From a virus (Duplodnaviria; Caudoviricetes): DNA of 64,000 nt. The notes below the pieces were generated by a model. That model had not been told where the DNA came from, did no database searches, and was given only the letters and a program-made list of their open reading frames with translations. The position numbers and the translations under genes are program-made. The stretch lies in the IMG/VR virus record IMGVR_UViG_2882238243_000002, positions 1 through 64,000 of that record, one strand, 5' to 3'. Below, piece by piece: positions 60,369 through 64,000 of this stretch. How positions within the stretch are numbered: position 1 is the stretch's first letter; every line of letters begins with the position of its first letter.

Positions 60369-60575
60369 TCATATTATAAAACCCTTACTATCTAAATCAG
60401 CCTTAATTAATGCTTTGATATAGCTGTTTACACTTTGTCCGGTCTGATCTAAATATGCCTTAACTCTTTTACCTTCTTCTAAATCTTCTTTCTTATAAGC
60501 TGCACTTACAACGATAGGTTTATATTTCTCTCTATATCTTCTGTCTGCTTCTCTTTGTGCTTCAGTCATTGCCAT
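60369..60575 (-). CDS. Ribbon-helix-helix (Arc-like) regulator
   Basis: TEAQREADRRY..GQSVNSYIKALI; GGAGGG RBS. Confidence 0.75.
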   Translation of the reverse strand: MAMTEAQREADRRYREKYKPIVVSAAYKKEDLEEGKRVKAYLDQTGQSVNSYIKALIKADLDSKGFII

Positions 60576-60626
60576 TTTAAACCCTCCATATAATATAAAG
60601 TTTTTCATTATAACATAATATCATGA

Positions 60627-60763
60627 ATTGGTAAACCTATCAATTGAAATTGTACATATTATATAAATTGGTATACCTATACGGTATTACTTATTGTGAA
60701 CAATGCTATTTAATAAAAAACATTGGTTTACCTATTGATATATTGGTATACCTATGCTATAAT
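60627..60763. promoter_or_regulatory. Four ATTGGTWWACCTAT operators over divergent promoters
   Basis: Copies at 60627, 60667, 60722 and 60742; TTGATA-17-TATAAT (60735-60763, plus strand). Confidence 0.8.
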
Positions 60764-60873
60764 TATATCAAGATAAAGGTAAGGCAATCACACAATTCCA
60801 ATCACAAAATAAAAGCCTAACCTATTCACAGTAGGTCAAGCCTTTATCTAATAATTACATAGGAGGTGTAAGC

Positions 60874-60978
60874 ATGACGTATCCGATTGGATATCGTAGT
60901 AATTGCTTTCTAGCAATGATTAACGGCGAGTTAATGCAGTTTGCAAGCGATAGCGAATACTATGATTACATAAGCTAG
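60874..60978 (+). CDS. Small protein (34 aa)
   Basis: AGGAGGTG RBS; MTYPIGYRSNCFLAMINGELMQFASDSEYYDYIS. Confidence 0.65.
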   Translation: MTYPIGYRSNCFLAMINGELMQFASDSEYYDYIS

Positions 60979-61149
60979 CTAACACCATTCACAAGGCAGC
61001 TATAAGCGTAAGTCCTTGCGATCTTCCTAACAACAATTATATCAACATCATTCGCACCTTGTCAATTACACTTTCTAAATTGTCTATAACTATGATATAA
61101 TCATTGCAGTATAATAAATGTATTAAGGACAATAGGAGGTAATAACAAT

Positions 61150-61374
61150 ATGAATATAAAAACTAATCACGAACTACAACAAGCGGTGAACAAAGCTATT
61201 GAAGAATCAGGAATTAAAAAGACATTCATAGCCGATAAGCTTGGTATAAGTAGACAAGCATTCTATAAAATGATAAATGAAAAAGAGTCTTTTTCTTTAG
61301 ACGATGCAAATAAAATACTTTCTTTGTTAAATCAAGAGACAGAAACTGTAATAAAGAAAGTTGATAAAAAGTAA
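61150..61374 (+). CDS. Cro/XRE-family HTH regulator
   Basis: SGIKKTFIADKLGISRQAFYKMI. Confidence 0.88.
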   Translation: MNIKTNHELQQAVNKAIEESGIKKTFIADKLGISRQAFYKMINEKESFSLDDANKILSLLNQETETVIKKVDKK

Positions 61375-61383
61375 TAAAATAAG

Positions 61384-61412
61384 TTGACAGTTACTTCGAA
61401 ACATGATATAAT
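61384..61412 (+). promoter_or_regulatory. Consensus sigma70 promoter (early region)
   Basis: TTGACA-17-TATAAT with extended TG. Confidence 0.8.
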
Positions 61413-62343
61413 TATATTAAGTTAAAGGAAAGGAAACAGCGGATCATGAGCTGTTCTCAAAGGTTCATAACCTAACTTTCCAATCGCTCTAATAATCAAA
61501 TAAAGTAGACAGTAGGCAATTACGACACTGAATAGGTGCAAATCCTTAACCGATTATTAGGGTAACAAAAAAGTCCAGTAGCGACAACTACCAGACTTTT
61601 CGGGAATACTGAAATGTGTAAAACAAATTACAATACTCAACCTTCAACAAGTAGAGTATAACACATTTCAAAAAGATTTTCAATTCAGAAAATCAATTCC
61701 CAAACAGAGAATTAAAATGTAACAAAGTTTTACAACCGATTGACAATGATCTAGGCAGCCAGTCGTTAATCTTCAAAAGTTATGAGATAGACACAATTCA
61801 ATATCCTTACTATGAAAATGACAAGGATATCTATATCGTAACTTTCCTATTCTATAAGGGAAGAAGTGAAGCGAAAAGGGTTATAGCTTGAATATATTCT
61901 AGTGTGATTGTCAGAGGGTCACAAGCTAGACACTGTTAGTCAATCCTGTAAAAGTAGACACTTGATAGAATATATAGAAGCCGTTACGGCAGAGCCTAAT
62001 ACCACAAACAATAAAAGTTACTGGTTAAGAATGAAATAGGCTTGCATATAATACGGCATAGAAAAACATAACGAAAACAAAAAAACTTACAGACTTCCTT
62101 ATTATATAGGTAGTCTTTTTATATCTACAAAATTTATTATTTACACAATGCAAGTGATAAAAAGGATCATGAGTATAACGGCTTTTAAAGTATCACGAAC
62201 CACCGCCAAACGGGACATAGTAAACGCTTTCAAAGTAACAGTTAAGAAATGAAAAGCCATACATCGCTTGTATTAGTAAGTAATAAAACAGAGAATTAAT
62301 AAATGTGAACAAAACTTTTTAATTATGGAAAGGATGATAAAAA

Positions 62344-63234
62344 ATGAGACTATCAAAAATTAATGAAAATGATTTACTAGAAAACAAAGAATTAAGAGAG
62401 CAGATGGCAAATAAAGTCGAGGTGTTAGAAAAAGTAAAAGAATTACTTTTAATTCCAAACACAGACAAAGCAACTATACGCCAGGTTGCTGAATATTATG
62501 AGGTAGGGGAAGAAGCAATTAAATCAATCACAAAAAGAAATCGCGATGAACTAGAAGAAGATGGAACAGTCAATTATTCAGGTAATCAAACGAAAGATTT
62601 TTTAGTAGGGTTCAACCTGAACCTAACTAACGGCAAAGGCTATTTTGAAACGGAAGGAATTAAATTTGCATACAAAAGCAATACACTTTTACCACGTAGA
62701 GCAATCCTAAGAGTAGGAATGTTATTACAAGATTCCACCATAGCAAAGGAAGTGCGTACACAGCTACTTAATATAGAAGAAAAGACATCCAACGAAACAA
62801 AAACGCAAGATATTAACGAGGAGCAAGCATTGGCTCTAGCTTTAGGTATGGCACAAGTCAGCGGAGATATTACCGCTATTACAATAGCAACTGGTAATCT
62901 GATAGCCTTTAAAAATCGACACATCGAAAAACTAGAACAGTCGAACAAAGCACTTGCAAACGGCATTCTTGAATGGGAAGACAGAAGCCGGATTAATTTT
63001 GCGGTTAGAAAGATGGCAGCCTTTGCTAATATTCCAGTTGGACAGGCTTGGAATGAACTATACAAACAAATCAAGAATAAATTTCATATTGATTTACAAA
63101 GCAGGGGTATGAAGCCATGGATACAGCATATCAACGAAAAGGAATGGCAATGTGTTATAAAATCTTTTACTGCTTTATGCAAATACTATGAAATAGATTC
63201 AAATGAAATGTTTCATGATTTAAAGATTGAGTAA
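62344..63234 (+). CDS. Phage antirepressor-like protein
   Basis: ATIRQVAEYYEV..RNRDELEEDG..RRAILRVGMLLQDSTIAKEVRTQLL. Confidence 0.75.
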   Translation: MRLSKINENDLLENKELREQMANKVEVLEKVKELLLIPNTDKATIRQVAEYYEVGEEAIKSITKRNRDELEEDGTVNYSGNQTKDFLVGFNLNLTNGKGYFETEGIKFAYKSNTLLPRRAILRVGMLLQDSTIAKEVRTQLLNIEEKTSNETKTQDINEEQALALALGMAQVSGDITAITIATGNLIAFKNRHIEKLEQSNKALANGILEWEDRSRINFAVRKMAAFANIPVGQAWNELYKQIKNKFHIDLQSRGMKPWIQHINEKEWQCVIKSFTALCKYYEIDSNEMFHDLKIE

Positions 63235-63316
63235 CAAAACAGACTTTCACTTGTCAAAGATGAGAGTCTTTTCTAATTAATAACACGAACTTAACATTGA
63301 TTAGGAGGGCAATAAG

Positions 63317-63481
63317 ATGAAAATAAAAGTAGAAGATATAGGAAGAGGAACACTACTAGACACAAACGGAAATACCTACATTGTAGACGGTGAAGAAGTA
63401 ATGGACGATAACGGAAACGCTTATAATATTTCAGATTATGACGAATACGACAACGTGACAGAAATTGAAAAAATTGTTTAA
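63317..63481 (+). CDS. Small acidic hypothetical protein (54 aa)
   Basis: AGGAGG RBS; open frame. Confidence 0.55.
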   Translation: MKIKVEDIGRGTLLDTNGNTYIVDGEEVMDDNGNAYNISDYDEYDNVTEIEKIV

Positions 63482-63583
63482 ATTTTATCTTTATAGGTAT
63501 TCATAACTTAATTATTCATTTTGTTGTGGGTATCTATAAGAAATAAAATAGAATCAAATACAAGAAACTAGGAGGTTTAAATA

Positions 63584-63784
63584 ATGTCAAAATTTATATA
63601 TTACAAGGACAAGAACAGCGATAAAACTGCAATGCTCATTATTAGCGATACGGCAGAAATGAGAAACGAAAATAGATATATTTTACAAGTTGGTAAAACC
63701 ATCACGGATCACCCTACGCAGATGGAAGCAGAAATGGAACTGTGTAAGCATGGTATTGTTTGGACAGAACAATCTAAAAAATAA
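63584..63784 (+). CDS. Hypothetical protein
   Basis: AGGAGG RBS. Confidence 0.65.
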   Translation: MSKFIYYKDKNSDKTAMLIISDTAEMRNENRYILQVGKTITDHPTQMEAEMELCKHGIVWTEQSKK

Positions 63785-63800
63785 ACGGAGGAATGAAACA

Positions 63801-64000
63801 ATGAAAAATAAAATAGTTAAGTCAATTGCCTTAATATCACTTGTAACGTTTTCATTTTTAACTGGGCTGAACATTAACAAACAGCCGATTAGTAATTCAA
63901 TTCCTATTGCTGACATAGCTGAAATGAAAATTAATGACGATGGTTATTATCAGCTTACTTTAAAAGACATTGGACATATTGATGATGATATTAACAATGT
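63801..64000 (+). CDS. Hypothetical exported protein (partial)
   Basis: MKNKIVKSIALISLVTFSFL signal-like start; open to the window edge. Confidence 0.55.
   Translation, partial: MKNKIVKSIALISLVTFSFLTGLNINKQPISNSIPIADIAEMKINDDGYYQLTLKDIGHIDDDINN

Larger units (their letters stand above)
432..64000. mobile_element. Large SPbeta-like prophage (continues beyond the window)
   Basis: Lysis-tail-head-terminase-HU-YonO gene order matches SPbeta late region; AT-rich shift immediately after the tRNA. Confidence 0.93.

Noticed and set aside
588-63916. Numerous opposite-strand ORFs in the track (e.g. 588-848, 4499-4831, 14368-14706, 27761-28180, 62640-63074)
   Set aside because: Antisense shadows of well-supported genes, lacking RBS and motifs

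Overview
Positions 1-431 are host chromosome from a low-GC Firmicute (Clostridia/Lachnospiraceae-like by inference): a short ORF and tRNA-Thr(CGU). From about 432 to the end of the window is one arm of a large SPbeta-like siphovirus prophage, mostly on the minus strand. From left to right it carries lysis, tail tip, tape measure, tail, head and packaging genes, four tRNAs, two HU genes, a YonO-like single-subunit RNA polymerase, a replication/regulatory region and a divergent early region. The main observation is that the tape-measure gene is split into two ORFs by a 2038-nt group I intron (19131-21168, minus strand). The intron shows recognisable P1, P10, P4, P6, P7, P8 and P9.0 elements, although P3 is weak. 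A perfect 13-bp long-range helix loops out about 1.6 kb of cargo. That cargo is not a homing endonuclease but a complete type III toxin-antitoxin (ToxIN/AbiQ-like) locus, a Zn-ribbon gene and an IS200/605-like end. Splicing would restore an in-frame tape measure protein of about 2265 aa. Other points: an IS3 element splits the C-terminal chaperone domain of the tail-tip protein, there is a Ku plus ligase (NHEJ) moron and a GNAT toxin-like module, many genes appear to start at ATA/ATC/ATT, and several intergenic regions look like structured RNAs. All family calls come from motif and synteny recognition by eye; no searches were run.
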